A DNA stretch of 64,000 nucleotides from Rebecca billardiae RCC1528 (GCA_965240325.2 OZ251238.1:992001-1056000); one strand, 5' to 3'; numbered from the stretch's first letter, positions 46,474 to 59,300 are shown. Made by a program: numbers and translations. The notes: a model not told the origin generated them from the sequence alone.

Positions 46474-46948
46474 GCTAGCTGAGCCGCGTCACGGCAGCGG
46501 GCGGGCGGCTAGCAGCATTCGTGCGCGCCATTGTTTTGCTTACGAGTTCTACGGTCGATCGATATACATCAATATGTGTATGCCTCGCGTCGATATATCG
46601 ATCGTCGACATGGATGGCACGCCCCGCTGGCGGCGCCGGCAGGGCCCGGACGGGCGGGGCCGCGGGGCGGCCCGCCGCACCTGAGGTACACTAACTTGAC
46701 ACTCCTTGAGAGAAAAGCCGCCGCCTGCCTTCTGTGAAAGTGTATGTGCGTGACGCCCAGCATGCGCCGGCGGTCGTCGAGTGGAAGACGCGCGGCCTGT
46801 GCCGCAGCCAGCACGAGGAAGAATCCACCGACGCGAGCGACGGCTGCCGCCACCATTGTCACTCACATCGCCAACCGATCACGCGAAGCCACAGTTACAG
46901 TTTCGTCGAGTGACACGTTTACGGTTACAGTACTCGTCGAGGTGTACG

Positions 46949-47578
46949 ATGATTGCCGCCGGCGTCGTGCTGCTGTGCCTTGCGACGTCCGCGTCGCTGG
47001 CGCCAGCGCGCCAGCCGCAGCCCCGAACCGCAGCGCACGGCCTCGGCCGGCGAGACGCTGCGGCCCGACTCGCTGCCGCCGCGGCGGCGCTCTCCTACGC
47101 GCCGCCATCCGCGCGCGCCGCCCAGAACTTTGACGACAGCCAGTTCAGCACGCTGCCGTCAGGCGTCCAGGTCGCGGACGTGAAGGTGGGCACGGGGCCG
47201 ACGCCGCGCGAGGGCGAGCGCGTGCGCATCGACTACGTCATGTTCACCACCGGCGCGCGCTACGGCGCGAAGATCTACTCCACGCGGGACGACCCGAGCT
47301 CCGAGCCGTTCACGTTTGCGCTCGGCAAGCCCGGCACGATCGCAGGGCTGTCTGACGCGGTCGCCGGCATGCGGGCCGGCGGCGTGCGCCGCGCGGTGAT
47401 CCCCGCGAGCCGCGGGTACACGGCGTACGACCTGCAGCCGCAGCCGCCCGAGTTCGGCGCGTTCCAGCGCTTCAAGAACATCTACCTCAACGAGAACAGG
47501 CCGTACCAGCCAGACCTCGTGCTCGACATCAAGCTGTTCGGCCCGCGGGACGCGCCGCGCGCCGCCGCGTCGGAATGA
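46949..47578 (+). CDS. Thylakoid-lumen FKBP-type peptidyl-prolyl isomerase
   Basis: Signal peptide, twin-Arg GRRD, ARA site, then SGVQVADVKVGTG...PFTFALG...IAGL..AVAGMRAGGVRRAVIPASRGY. Confidence 0.9.
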   Translation: MIAAGVVLLCLATSASLAPARQPQPRTAAHGLGRRDAAARLAAAAAALSYAPPSARAAQNFDDSQFSTLPSGVQVADVKVGTGPTPREGERVRIDYVMFTTGARYGAKIYSTRDDPSSEPFTFALGKPGTIAGLSDAVAGMRAGGVRRAVIPASRGYTAYDLQPQPPEFGAFQRFKNIYLNENRPYQPDLVLDIKLFGPRDAPRAAASE

Positions 47579-47967
47579 CTACAATAATATGCGCGTATGT
47601 ATATGCGGCGCCACTACTGCGCTATATATATATGTAAAATGTATATGCGCCAGCAGCAGCAGTACGTACGTCGAGTATTGTACGTGCACCGCATCAGCAG
47701 CGCATGCGCGCATGTCGGATGCGCCGTGCGCGCAAATATCAGCATCATCGGCAGCAGATCCGGATCGCCCTGCGCCCCGGTCCCCGCCGCAGGTCGTCCC
47801 GGATATCGCCCGCCTTATTATCGGCCTGACACTGCGCCTCCGCGGCGCGGTAGTCCGAGTCATCAGCACCACGTCGTCCGAGCACGTCCCGAACCGCTGC
47901 GCACGTGCGCCGCTACGACGCTTGACGATGCTGCTGCCGCTGCCAAGGCTGCTGCCTGCTGCCGGCG

Positions 47968-49238
47968 GCCTCATCGCCACCATCGGCATCTGCCGGCCGA
48001 CGAAGCTCTGCCTGCGCCGCCGCCGCACCGCGACGACTGCCGTCAGTAGCGGCGCCCGCGCCCGGCGCGGCCTCGGCATTCCCCTCATCCGCCGCGCCCG
48101 TTGGCGGGCGATGCTCGCCGTCGAGCGCGGCGCCGAGAATCGGCAGCTCGCGCGAGAGGGAGGCGGGCAGGCTGAAGTGCCCGTGCCCGTCCTGCATGCT
48201 CTCGATCGAGCGGCGCACCGAGAGCACGCACCCGTCCGTCAGCGCGAAGCCCGGAATCTGCTTGCTGACATTCCGCTTCGGCGCAGTGGGTGGTGGGCCG
48301 GCCGAGGGCGAGCCGTCAGCCATCGTCCGGCATCACGCGGCTCTCGATCTCCTTGAGCACGTGCTGCAGCTCCTTGGCCAGCGGCGGGTCGGACTTGAAG
48401 TGGCGGACGAGCTCCTGCGCGTTCTCGCGCATGTGCTTCAGCGGCGGCGACAAGAAGGGCGAGCCGCTCGCCGCGCTGCGATCGTCGCGGAGGAGCTTGA
48501 GTATTACGTCCATCGCGAGGACGGCCTGCGTCGGGTTGTCGTACTTGCTCAGCAGCCTCGCCAGCATCACGAGCGAGGAGAAGGTGGTCTGTGTGCTGAG
48601 CCAGATGCGCGCCTTGTCCGTCTCGACGAAGCGGATGAGGAGCTGCAGCGCCTTGATGCGCACGGCGGCATGCTCACCGTTGTCGTCGAGGTGCGCCCAC
48701 GCCACGCTGAGCGCGGCGAGGTGCGCCTCCTCCGCCACCAGCTCGTCCGTGTACCCACTCGCGGCGAGCCGGTGCATCACCTGCAGCAGGTGGCGCTGCG
48801 TGTCCGGCTCGGAGGACTCGCTGAGGGTGGTGACGAGCACGCCCACCCAGCGGCTCTGCACGAGCATCGAGGGGACGGTGGGGCGGAGCAGCATGCGCCC
48901 GAGCTCGAAGGCCGCGCGAGGCTTGTCGCCGCCGACGAGCGAGAGCTCATTCATCCACCGGCGGAGCGCCTCATCGCCACCATCGGCATCTGCCGGCCGA
49001 CGAAGCTCCGCCTGCGCCGCCGCCGCACCGCGACGACCGCCGTCAGTAGCGGCGCCCGCGCCCGGCGCGGCCTCGGCATTCCCCTCATCCGCCGCGCCCG
49101 TCGGCGGGCGATGCTCGCCGTCGAGCGCGGCGCCGAGAATCGGCAGCTCGCGCGAGAGGGAGGCGGGCAGGCTGAAGTGCCCGTGCCCGTCCTGCAGGCT
49201 CTCGATCGAGCGGCGCACTGAGAGCACGCACCCGTCCG
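47968..49238. repeat. 271-bp direct repeat: 47968-48238 and 48968-49238
   Basis: Near-identical copies (about 5 substitutions), offset by exactly 1,000 bp. Confidence 0.92.
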
Positions 49239-49246
49239 CGAGCTCC
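48316..49246 (-). CDS. ARM/HEAT-like helical coding exon; 5' connection unresolved
   Basis: Acceptor ttcag|GAG followed by an amphipathic helical peptide (LLQVMHRLAASG, IKALQLLIRF, VLAMDVILKLL); likely donor near 49401. Confidence 0.55.
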
Positions 49247-49334
49247 TGAAGGAACGCAGCGCCGCCCGCCTGCGCCGGCGACGGCCTGCGCTCGCGCGGG
49301 CGCGGGCGCGGGGGTCCCCGCCGCCCCGGATCGA

Positions 49335-51261
49335 TCAGCCTCGCGCGCTCGCCGTGGGCGCGCGCTCGCCGCGCGGCGGCGGCGGCGCGGCGCGCTCGCA
49401 CCTGCCAGTGATTGGATGCGGCGGGGCGCCAAGGGACAGACCTCCTCCGCTCCGTCCGTCTGACTGCTCCGCGTCTGACCAAGGGTGTCCTTGGTCCGAC
49501 AGCCCGGCGTCTGCCGTTGGCCGTAGGGCCGGCGAGGTCGACGCATCCTGCGACGGTGGCGGCGGCGGTGTGAGGAGAATGGTGGCGGGGGCGAAGCCGC
49601 CACCGACGGGCGTGCCGGCGGACTCGGCGCCGCCACCGCCGCCGGGCGTGAGCGCTGCAGGAGTCACGCCACCGACTGCTGCATCCATGCCGCCGTTCGC
49701 GCCCGCGCGTGCGCCGCGTGCCTCGCCGCCGCTGCGGCCGCGCGCCGCGGACGGTGTCGCAGCCGTCGCCGGCGGGCCGCCGAACCCGCGGTGGTGGTGG
49801 TGCCGGTGCCCCGCGCCGGGCGTCGGCGTCGTGCCCGAGTTGGCGCGCGAGATGCGCTCAGCGGCCTTGTATGAAATCACCGCCGCCGCCACGACCATTG
49901 GCCCAATCAGAACTCCCGACGCTCCGAACGAGATCAGTCCGAGGAAGATTGAGATTGAAGTGACGTACGGGTGCACGAGCTGCAGGGAGGAGCTGGCGGG
50001 TGCGGCCGGGCGGCACGGCGCAGGCGGCGTGGCGCAGCGGTGGGCGCGGGCTGCCCGCGCCGAGCCGCGCGCGCGTGCCACACGCCGCGGGCGCGCGCGC
50101 GCGCGTGCATGCTCCCGCGCGCGCCACGCGTGCGCCGCGCGCGCGCGCGCGCGCGCACCCGAGGATGCGCTCGACGCACGACTCGGTCGTGTACACGCAG
50201 AGCCCGTAGAAGAACGCGCCCTGCAGCAGCCGCCCGCGCACCAGCACGAGGTGCGCCGCCCACGGCAGCGCGAGGCTCTTCGTGGAAGTTACCGGGAACA
50301 CGCCGACCAGCGCGGCCGTCACGGTCGCCACGTGTAGAAAAGGCAACGCGAACGCCCAGTGCAGCGCGTACACCACCGCGCCGTGCGCGAGGCCGGAGGA
50401 GACCGGGATCACGATCACGTCGTGCACGACGCACTGCGAAGCGCGCGCCGCCGGCGCCGGCGCGCGAGGAGGGGAACGCCGCGCCGCGCACGTTGGCGGC
50501 GCGCGCCGCCGGCGCCGGCGCGCACGGAGGCGTGTCTTGCCTCGCCTCGCACGGCCGCGCGCGAGGGGCACGGCTCACAGGGCACCCGCTGCGCGAGGTG
50601 CGTGCACGCGCGCTTCCACGAGGTGCGCGCGCGCGGGAGAGCCGGCGCGCCGCGCGGGGGCGCCGCGCAGCACCTGCAAGTCCCGCAGCAGCTCGCGCCG
50701 CGCCGCCTCGGCCGCTGGGAGCACGGAAACAGCCAGAGCGAGCCACGAGCGCTCGAGCCGGAGTAAATAAAAAAGGGCCGTGAGGAAAAAGACCGCCTTG
50801 AAGAAGGCGTCGGAGGCGGAGGACATGAGCGTGAGCGCCGTGGACAGCAGCGTGCCGCCCACCTGCGGCCGGCGGCGCGCGGTTGCGGCGGCGGCGCGGG
50901 TTGGCGGCGGGGGCGGCGCGCGGTGGCGGTGGCGGTGATGCGCCAGGCGGTTGGGCGCGCGGGCGGCAGCAGGCGCAGCGTGCGCGCGGCCGGCCGTGCG
51001 TAGACCAGGGCACAGGGCGGCCGGCACAACAGCCACGCGCGCGCGCGCGCGCGCGACGCCACGCGGCGCGCACCGCTGACGCGCCGCCGGCGATGGCGAA
51101 CGCCACAGCTCTAAGCTGGTCCGCCCGCTGCGCGGCGAGGCTGGCCAGCTCCGCGCGCAGCTCCGCAAATGACGCACCGCCCGCGCCGCTCGCAGAGAAC
51201 GCCTCACTGACGCTCGCCGAGAGCACCGCCGCCTTGTGCGCCAGCCGGTGCAGGAGGCCTT

Positions 51262-51299
<38 letters not shown>

Positions 51300-51792
51300 T
51301 GCACCGGCGACGACAGCGTGAGCGCCGGCTGCTGCGTCGCCTCGCCGTCGATGCCGGTCAGCCCGGCCGAATCGGACGGCACAGCCTCCACGGCTGCTTG
51401 GGTGTGAATGGTGCTGGGCGGCGGTGGCACCGCCGCGGACGCGCCGGCTGGGCGCGACCACCGCCCCCGCCGCGCACTCCCGCACTCCTGGGCGCCGCCA
51501 CGCCCCGCATCAGGCCTGCCGAGCAGCCGACGCCACCAGCGCACGCGGCAGCCGCGCTCCGCGCCTCCGTTCGCGCCGCCTGCAGCGGCAGGTGCCGCTG
51601 CGCCGCTCGCGCCGCCGCGCCGCTCGGCGCCGCTCGGCGCGGCACCACCGCCGGACGACCCAGGCTCGGCGCCACCGGGCGCTGCCGGCGGGGACGTGCC
51701 CGCTGCCCCGGCGGCATGCGCGCGCGCCGTTGCCCCGCCCTCGTTCGCAGGCAGCGACGACCCCGAGCGTGCGCCCGCGCCGCCCGGAGCCG

Positions 51793-51829
<37 letters not shown>

Positions 51830-52843
51830 GCTCTGCGGCAGCTGCTGCAACGAGTACTGCCACTCGGCGGGCACGACCGCGGCGATCATCGCGTCGAGCG
51901 CCGGCGCCCAGACCGACGCATTCGCCACGCCGAGGTACGCGAGCAGCGGCTCCGACTGGACGATGGCTCCACCGCCGGCCGAGGCCGCGCCCGGCGCCGC
52001 TGCCGCAGCTGCTGAACCAGCTCGGCCGTGCACGCCGCCGCCAGGCTCGGCCGCGGTGCGGTTGAGCGCGTCGAGCACGTGCGGCACGTGGTGCGCGCCG
52101 AACACGCCGCTCGCGTCCACCGCGGCGATCAGCGACGCCGCCGCCGCGACGAGCGGCGACGGCGGCGGCGTGCCATCCGGCAACACAAGCGCCGCATCCG
52201 CGTCCGCGCCGGCGGCGGCGGCGAGCGCGCCGCCGCCGCCGTTCGCGCGCTGCGCGGCGGCGGCGGCCTCGCCGACGAGGGTGAGCACCGACTCGCGCCA
52301 CTCGGCGAGCAGCCAGTCCACCGCCTGCGACGCCTCGCTCACGCACTGCACCGCGAAGAACACCGTGGCGAACGCCGCGACTAGCACGAGACCGGTGAGC
52401 AACGTCAGAGTCACGAGCGAATGCGCAGAGACGACGCGCCGCGCGCCGACGCAGCAGAGCACGAAGACGGCGGCGGAGACGAGGAGCGAGATCGCCACGA
52501 GCGCACCCAGCCACGGCGCCGCGAGCAGCACGCCCAGCGCGCCCGCGCTCGCGCCCAGCCACACGCGCGCCGAGCGCTCGCCCGCCCGCGGCAGCGCCAG
52601 GGAGATCGCGCGCACCGGGCCGACGGTGACGGTGGCGTGGACGGCGCGCAGCAGCAGCTCCTTGCTCGGGCGCAGCGCCTCGCTGATCAGCAGCGCGTAC
52701 AGCAGCGGGCCGAAGTACGGCGCGAACAGGTACACGTTCAGGTACATGAGCGCGAGCAGCAGCAGTGCGAGAACGTTGCCGAGCGCGTGCGCGATCGCGA
52801 GGTCGGCGAGCGAGAGCGGGCGCGAGGCGGCGGAGGAGACCAT
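49335..52843 (-). CDS. TMEM245 / AI-2E-like multi-pass membrane protein; exons 52843-51074, 50862-50674, 50433-50159, ~49991-49335
   Basis: N-terminal YLFAPYFGPLLYALLISEALRP, VFFLTALFYLL and C-terminal HPYVTSISIFLGLISFGASGVLIGP resemble TMEM245. The 3' end is uncertain. Confidence 0.75.
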
Positions 52844-53794
52844 GCCGCCGGCTACGCGCGCGGCGCCGCGGGCCGACGCGCGCCGGACACCGGTGTGCGA
52901 CGACAACGACGCTCGCGGAGTGGGGCAGCGCCGACGACCGAGGACGACGCGCGGCCGGAGGTGCAAGCAGTACAGTAGCGAGTAGCGTGATGGCTGCGGC
53001 GGCGGCGGCGGCGGCCCTTTCACCGGACGACGCGCGGCCGGAAAATGACACCGAAGGAATGCGTGCACCATAACCGCGCGCGCGTCGCGCTCCTTCTGGC
53101 GATCCGGTGTTTACGATAGGCGGATGCAGGGGTTGCCTGGGGCCGCCAGTCGCCACGGGGGGGGGCAGGGCGGCGAGGCAGCGCCCGCCCGGCAGCACAT
53201 CGCCCCCCCCGTGGACGCTGACTCAAGCCGCACCCACCCCAGCGCGGCGATCCCACGCCAGGGAGGGCGGGCGGGAGGCGGAGGAGCGCCGCTGGCTGTC
53301 CGTGAGTGTGCCGGCGCCGCCGCGGCCTGCCGCCCGGGGGCCCCGGGCCCGGGCGGGGCCGCTGTGCTCAGGCGTCGGCCGGGGCAGGGTGCGCCGGGGG
53401 GCAGTCGCGGCGGAAGCGGTCGGCTGCACGACGTGGGCTGCCCTGACCGGCCCCGAAGGTGCGCCTGTCGCGCCGAGGGTCGGCCCTCCTGCAGGTACGC
53501 TCACTTTCCGCTTGGTACCCGCGCCGCAAAGGCGAGCTGCTTCCGACTCACATCTCGTCACCGTGCGGTCACTCCGGCGATGCCGCTGCGAGCGCCGAGC
53601 CCGCGTCCGGCCAGGTATACGCCCACCTAGCGGGGAGGGGCACGGGCGGCGGCGGAGCAGCGACGCGGCAGTCATAACGCGATAACCGCCGCGGACTGCC
53701 AAACCCACCACTCCCGTCGCGTCGGCCATCGCCCCGAAACCCCGCCCCGTTTGCTCACTGTGCCGATTGAGCATGCGCGCATCACTGCTCAGCC

Positions 53795-55426
53795 TCAGAC
53801 GAGGAGGGCGAGCCCCTCGCCATACCGCTGCGCTTTGTCGCGCAGCAGCACGGCAGCTGCCCCCAGCCGTCCCAGCCAGCACATGCTAAACACGCACGCG
53901 GCGCCCGACAGCAGCCCCGCCGGCTGCGCGGCGCGCCAGGCCGACGGCGCGCCGAGTGCCGTGGCGGCGAGCGAAAACTCGACCGCAGCCGTCCACGCGA
54001 CGATGCGCGCCTCGCCCAGCGTGGTGGTGCCGTCGCCTAACTCCAGCATCGGCGCGGCCGCGTAGAGGAGGAGGCAGCTCGCCACGGCCACGGCCCACGC
54101 CTCGCACCCCTCCTCGCGCTGAAGCGCAAAGCGCGCGAGCGCGACGAGCACGGCGAACGCGCCGGGCAGAAGGAGCGCCAGCCAGTTGCCGAACGCGCAG
54201 CCGAACAGCGCGATCGGCAGCGCGCGGCTCACCACGCCGAACAGACCGAGCGCGCGCGCCGCCCGTCGCGTGCCGCCGCCGCCATCCCAGTCCAGGCCCT
54301 CGAGCCCGTCGCCATGGCCGCCCGCGGGGCGCATGTGCGCGTCGCCGAGCACGAGGCTCATGCCCGCAACCGAGACGGCGAGCGAGACCCACGACAGCGC
54401 CGACGCGCGCCCCGCGCCCAGCCACAGCAGCACGTACCCCTGCACGAACACCTGCGGCGCCGCCTCGAGCGCCACCTCGAACAGCCTCAGGCGGACCAGG
54501 CTCTGCGCGTCCACCGGGCGCGCGCGCTCCCCCTCCCACACGCGCACCACCGCCGCGTGCACCGTGCCGAGCTGCAGCACGCTCGACACGGCCGCCCCGC
54601 CGCGCGCGAGCAGGCTCGAGCCCTCACCTGGGATGAAGCCCCGCGCCGCACCGAAGATGAGCGCCGCCAGCGTGTTCAGCCCGACGCAGCTGAGCGCGAT
54701 CGCCGCCCAGACGGTGTGGCCGCACCGGAGCCACTCGGTCGCGAGTAGCAGGTCCGTCACGCCGTCGGCGCTCGCGAGCAGCGCGCCGCCCAACTGGACG
54801 GCCGCCTTCTTCCGGGCGTCCCGCCAGCCCGCGCGGTACACCAGTCCAGCTATCAACGCCGAGCCCGCCACGGCCACAAGCACCACCGCCGCAAATCCGA
54901 GCTTCTCCGACGACGTGCCGGGTGAGCGCATGAAGGCCTGGGTGTCCCGGCCCACGCGCTGGAGGCACAGCGCGGCCTCGAGGCGCTCGTCCGACGGCGC
55001 AGGCCCGAGCGTTGCATCCTCGGCCGGCGCCGCGCCAGCCTCTGCACCGCCGCCCGCTGCCAGCGTCTCGTCCGCCTCAGCCGCCGCCTCAGCAGCGCCC
55101 TCGTCGCCCTCCGTGCCGTTCAGTGCCGCGCCGGGCGCATGCGCAACGCGTACGCCGGCATCATCGGCTGCGATAGCACCGCTCTCTGTGCGCGCCGACA
55201 CGTCTGACGCCAGCGCGCATCCGCCGCCCTCGCACCCAGCGCCGTCGGCGCCGCTCGTCGTCGGTGGCTCGTCCCCGAGAGCGAGAAGCGCACGCGCGCG
55301 CACGTGCTCGGACGCCGAGCGCAGGGGCGGCGTGCTCTGGCCATGCAGCAGGGCAATTCCACACGTAGTGGGCAGCGCGCACACAACAAGCGCGAGTTTC
55401 GCCGCGCCAGGCCTCGACGGGCGCAT
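53795..55426 (-). CDS. XK-related multi-pass membrane protein, copy 2
   Basis: Paralogue of 11497-13035, sharing DGVTDLLLATEWLRCGH and LFEVALEAAPQVF.QGY. Confidence 0.7.
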   Translation of the reverse strand: MRPSRPGAAKLALVVCALPTTCGIALLHGQSTPPLRSASEHVRARALLALGDEPPTTSGADGAGCEGGGCALASDVSARTESGAIAADDAGVRVAHAPGAALNGTEGDEGAAEAAAEADETLAAGGGAEAGAAPAEDATLGPAPSDERLEAALCLQRVGRDTQAFMRSPGTSSEKLGFAAVVLVAVAGSALIAGLVYRAGWRDARKKAAVQLGGALLASADGVTDLLLATEWLRCGHTVWAAIALSCVGLNTLAALIFGAARGFIPGEGSSLLARGGAAVSSVLQLGTVHAAVVRVWEGERARPVDAQSLVRLRLFEVALEAAPQVFVQGYVLLWLGAGRASALSWVSLAVSVAGMSLVLGDAHMRPAGGHGDGLEGLDWDGGGGTRRAARALGLFGVVSRALPIALFGCAFGNWLALLLPGAFAVLVALARFALQREEGCEAWAVAVASCLLLYAAAPMLELGDGTTTLGEARIVAWTAAVEFSLAATALGAPSAWRAAQPAGLLSGAACVFSMCWLGRLGAAAVLLRDKAQRYGEGLALLV

Positions 55427-56108
55427 CTTTGGGGATGTCGGCTTGTGATTGTGCGCCACGCCGGCACCGATGCCTCTGCTTACCGTACAGCGGCCTGCAC
55501 GACTGCGTAGGCCGGCGAGGCCGCGTGATGCCTGCGCTAGCGATGGTCTCGTCCAGCACACGCCCAGCCCGCGCCGTGGAGTTGCGTTGCGAGCCCGCCC
55601 ACCTCCCGAGGGAAGAGGCGCCTCGCCGCCGGGCCGGCCGCCGGCGAATTCGAGAATGGCGGCGATGAACTACGGCGCTTTCGCGGCAACGCGTGTCGTT
55701 AAATCATAGAATGGGTCTGCCGTTTGTCCGGCCGTTTTTTTTTGCTTTGCAAGTGCATGGCATCGCCCGGCGGCCGGCCCGGGACGCAATGCCATCCGGA
55801 CATCCCGCGGGCTAGCTACAGCAGTTTACTAAGAATAAGAGACGCACACAGCTCAGGCAGGCGAGATTACAGTATCGCTGCGTGTCATCCGGCACTCCCG
55901 AGCAGCTCTACTCATCATCAGGAATAAGTGGCATAGCCATCATCATTAGCAGAGATCAGTGCCGCAGCGAGTGCACTTTGTGCGGGCGACGCGACGATGA
56001 CCATCAGTCCATCAGGGCGGGCCCCGGTGCCCGGACCCGGCGTGTCACCGTGTGCACGCGGCCTGGCGCATTAAGGCCGCATCAAGCAGGGAGGCGACGC
56101 GCGTTCAA

Positions 56109-56342
56109 TTATACGGCTGATCTCGTTTGGCCGTCGGCGGCGGCGGGCGTGTTCGTCAGCGCGGCTCTCACCAGCGGCAGGTACTCCCGGACCGTCCGGT
56201 TGAACGCGGAGATGGTGGCGAGCTCGACGGTCCGCTTGAGCGCCTCGCGCACGGCGGGGTCCTCCTCGACCGTGGCGTACATCACGTGGAACGTATCGAT
56301 CGCGGAGACGAGCGCGTGGCCGCGGTCCTCGGCGCCGCCCTC

Positions 56343-56377
<35 letters not shown>

Positions 56378-59300
56378 GCGCGCTCACGCTCACCACCTCC
56401 ACGTCCTCGAGCCGGTTGCCCATCGCGCGCCAGATGTACATCTCGGCGACGCAGCGGCTGCGGTCGGCGACGGAGGGTCCGGCGAGCAGCAGCAGCCGGC
56501 GCGAGCGCGCCATGTACACGGGCACGTGCGAGAGCCGCTCGATGGGAAGGAGCGAAGGGTCTGCGCACAGCACGTCGAGCCACGCGCGCGGCGGCCGGCC
56601 CTCGCGCGCCTCGAAGCCGGCCGCCCACGCGCGGAGCGCGGCGATCCGGCCCGCCGCCGAGTCCTCGCGCGCGTGCACGACATACGCGTCCGCGACCGGG
56701 AGCTCGGCCGCGGCGCCGCCGGCCTCCGCGCCGCGCGCGCCGCCCACGCGCGCCGTGCTCTCGACGAGCGAGAGAGCGCTGCTGGGCGCAGCCACGCCGG
56801 CCCCCGGCGAGCGCGGCCCGCCCGCGGCCGCGCGCGGCGCGCGCGCAGACGCATCCGCACTCGCCGGGCCCGAGTCGCGCCGGCCCAGCACGCCGGGGGA
56901 GGCTCGCGAGGTGGACGCGCGCGGCGCCACGGCCGAGCTGCGCATCGAGCTGAGGGAATCTCGCGAAGAGACCGCGCTGGAGCCGCGCTCGAGCCGCGCG
57001 CCCGCCGCGGGGGAGGGGCGCACGGAGGCGGAGCCGAAGGATTCGCGCGACGACACGGCGCTGGAGCCGCGCTCGAGCCGCGAGCCCGCACCCGGCGACA
57101 TGCGCAGAGATGCGAAGCCGATGGAATCGCGCGACGACAGCACGCCCGAGCCTTGCTCCAGTCGCGAGCCCGCAAACGGCGACAGGCGCGCCGAGGAGGA
57201 CCCTCGGGAGAAGCGCGAGCTCGGGCTCGGAGACTTGCGCAGCGAGGCCACGGAGTCCCACGGCGTGACGGTCGCGCTCGAGCGGAGCGATGCGGCCGCG
57301 AGCCAGCGCGACGCCGCCGAGGGCGAGCTCCCTCCAGAGCCGATCAGCGAGCCACTGCCGCCGCCGGGCACGGGGGTCAGGCGCGGCTGGCGCGCCGGGC
57401 GTGTCGCGCGCCGCGCGCGCACGAGCGCGGTCAGGCTGTCGCGCGAGCTCATGCGCGCCTCGGTGAGCGCGTCGAGCGTTTGCGCGTCGAGGCTCGCCGT
57501 CTCGAACGATCGCAGGGCCTCGCGCGCGAGCTGCGCCGCGTCCACCTCGCGCTCACGATCGCCGTACCCAAGCAGCGGCGCGATGGAGGCGGCGGGCCCC
57601 GCGGATGCGACCGCCTGCGCGATGGCCGCGCGCGCGCGCCGCCGGAACGCGGCCGAGAGCATGCACGTGCCGATGGCGACGGAGGTGGCCGAGCTCGCGC
57701 CGACGATCGGGTACAGCCACGCCGAGCGCACGGCCGCCAGCCCCGAGACGAGCGCCCACGCGACGTTGTACGCATCCATCAGCCCGTGGAGCGCCGTCCA
57801 CAGCCCGGTGGTCGTCCAGAGGGCGTCGAGCAGCCTCGCGCTGCTGCGCCAGCGCGCGGGCACGAGCACGAGCAGCATCACGGCCCACAGCCCCACGTAC
57901 TCGACGATGCGCCCCGCGGCGTTCGCCACGCCCGCGCCGTGGTACAGGCGGGCGGGCCGCGCCCCGCCGTCTGCGAGCGAGTACGGGTCCTGGTAGGAGT
58001 CCGGGTCTTTTTCGAGCAGGACTGCGAGGTGCGGGATGTACACGAGGCAGCCGTAGAAAATGGCGAGGGTGCCCACGCTGCCGCCGAAGAAGAGCATGCG
58101 CGCGCGCATGCCGTCGGAGCAGGGCAGCGCGAGCAGGCTCACCAGAACGCCCGCCTGCACAAGCAGCGTGTACACGTGCGAGCGCGCGGCGAACTCGTCG
58201 TCCAGCTCATATAGCACAGATGCGTTGGGCGCGCCGCTGTGCCGCCGACCGGTGTGCTCGCTGTCGAGCAGGTAGCCGCCGCTCGAGGCCGCGACGAGGA
58301 GCACGCCCGCGACGGAGTACGCGCGCGAGAGCCCCAGCAGGTGGCGCCGCGCGCTGCCCACGCTCGCCTCGAGCTGAGATTCGATCTCTGCCGCGCTCAG
58401 CGCGCGCGCGCCGTCGCCCGAAGGCTCGCTCGGCCGCACGAGCAGCTGAGATGCCACGCGCGTGCGGTCGTGCGAGGCGGGCAGGGCCGCGCCGCGCGCG
58501 CGACGCCGCGAGGGCGTCGACCAGTCGCCCATCGCGTCGTCGTCGCCGCCGCCCGCGCCCACGCGAGCGCCCGCGCCCGCGCCCGAAGCCGCGAGCGCGA
58601 CTGTCCCCCGCGTCAGCACGACGACATCGTGATACGCATCTCGCAGCGCGTTGAGCACGTGGCCGAGCTCGAGCGTGTGCTCCGCGCCGATGTAGAGCAG
58701 GTGCGCGTCCGCGCCGCCGCTCACCGCGCCGCGCGAGCCGGCCGCGCCGCCGGAGCCGCCCCCGGACCCCAGCGGCACGCGCACCGGACGCGCCTCCGCC
58801 TCCATCGTGCCCGAAATGTCCGGGAGAACAGACATGAGCGCGAGCACGTCGTACGGCTTGACGAAGCCGTCGAGGAGGTCGCGGATGGGCGCGGTCGCGT
58901 CCAGGCTCGCGTACCCCCGCCGCTCGAACTCCGCGCCGCCCACGCCGCAGAACGTCTCGAAGTACCACTGCTTCGTGCAGCGCGCGGGCAGCTCGCCCGC
59001 GCACAGACGGCGCCACAGGCCCTCCAGCCCAAGGTGCTGCGCGTCCGCGAGGTAGCGCATGACGGGGCAGTCCGTGCGCGCCGCGAAGCTCTTCGCGAGC
59101 TGCATGGGCAGCATCGGCACCGCGTGCCGGCTCACCACGCGCAGGCGCACGCCGCGCGAGAAGCAGAAGTCGTACACGGCCTGCGCCGCCTCTGGATCGA
59201 AGCCGTTGTTGACGGACGAGTCGGCGCGCCAGCCGTGCGCCGCCGACGGGTCGCGCTCGAGGCCCCCCTGCACGGCCACGGTGTGCACGCGGCCCGCGAC

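Noticed and set aside
48316-52843. TMEM245-ARM in-frame fusion
   Set aside because: The visible donor and acceptor phases do not keep the TMEM245 frame; not claimed without transcript data.
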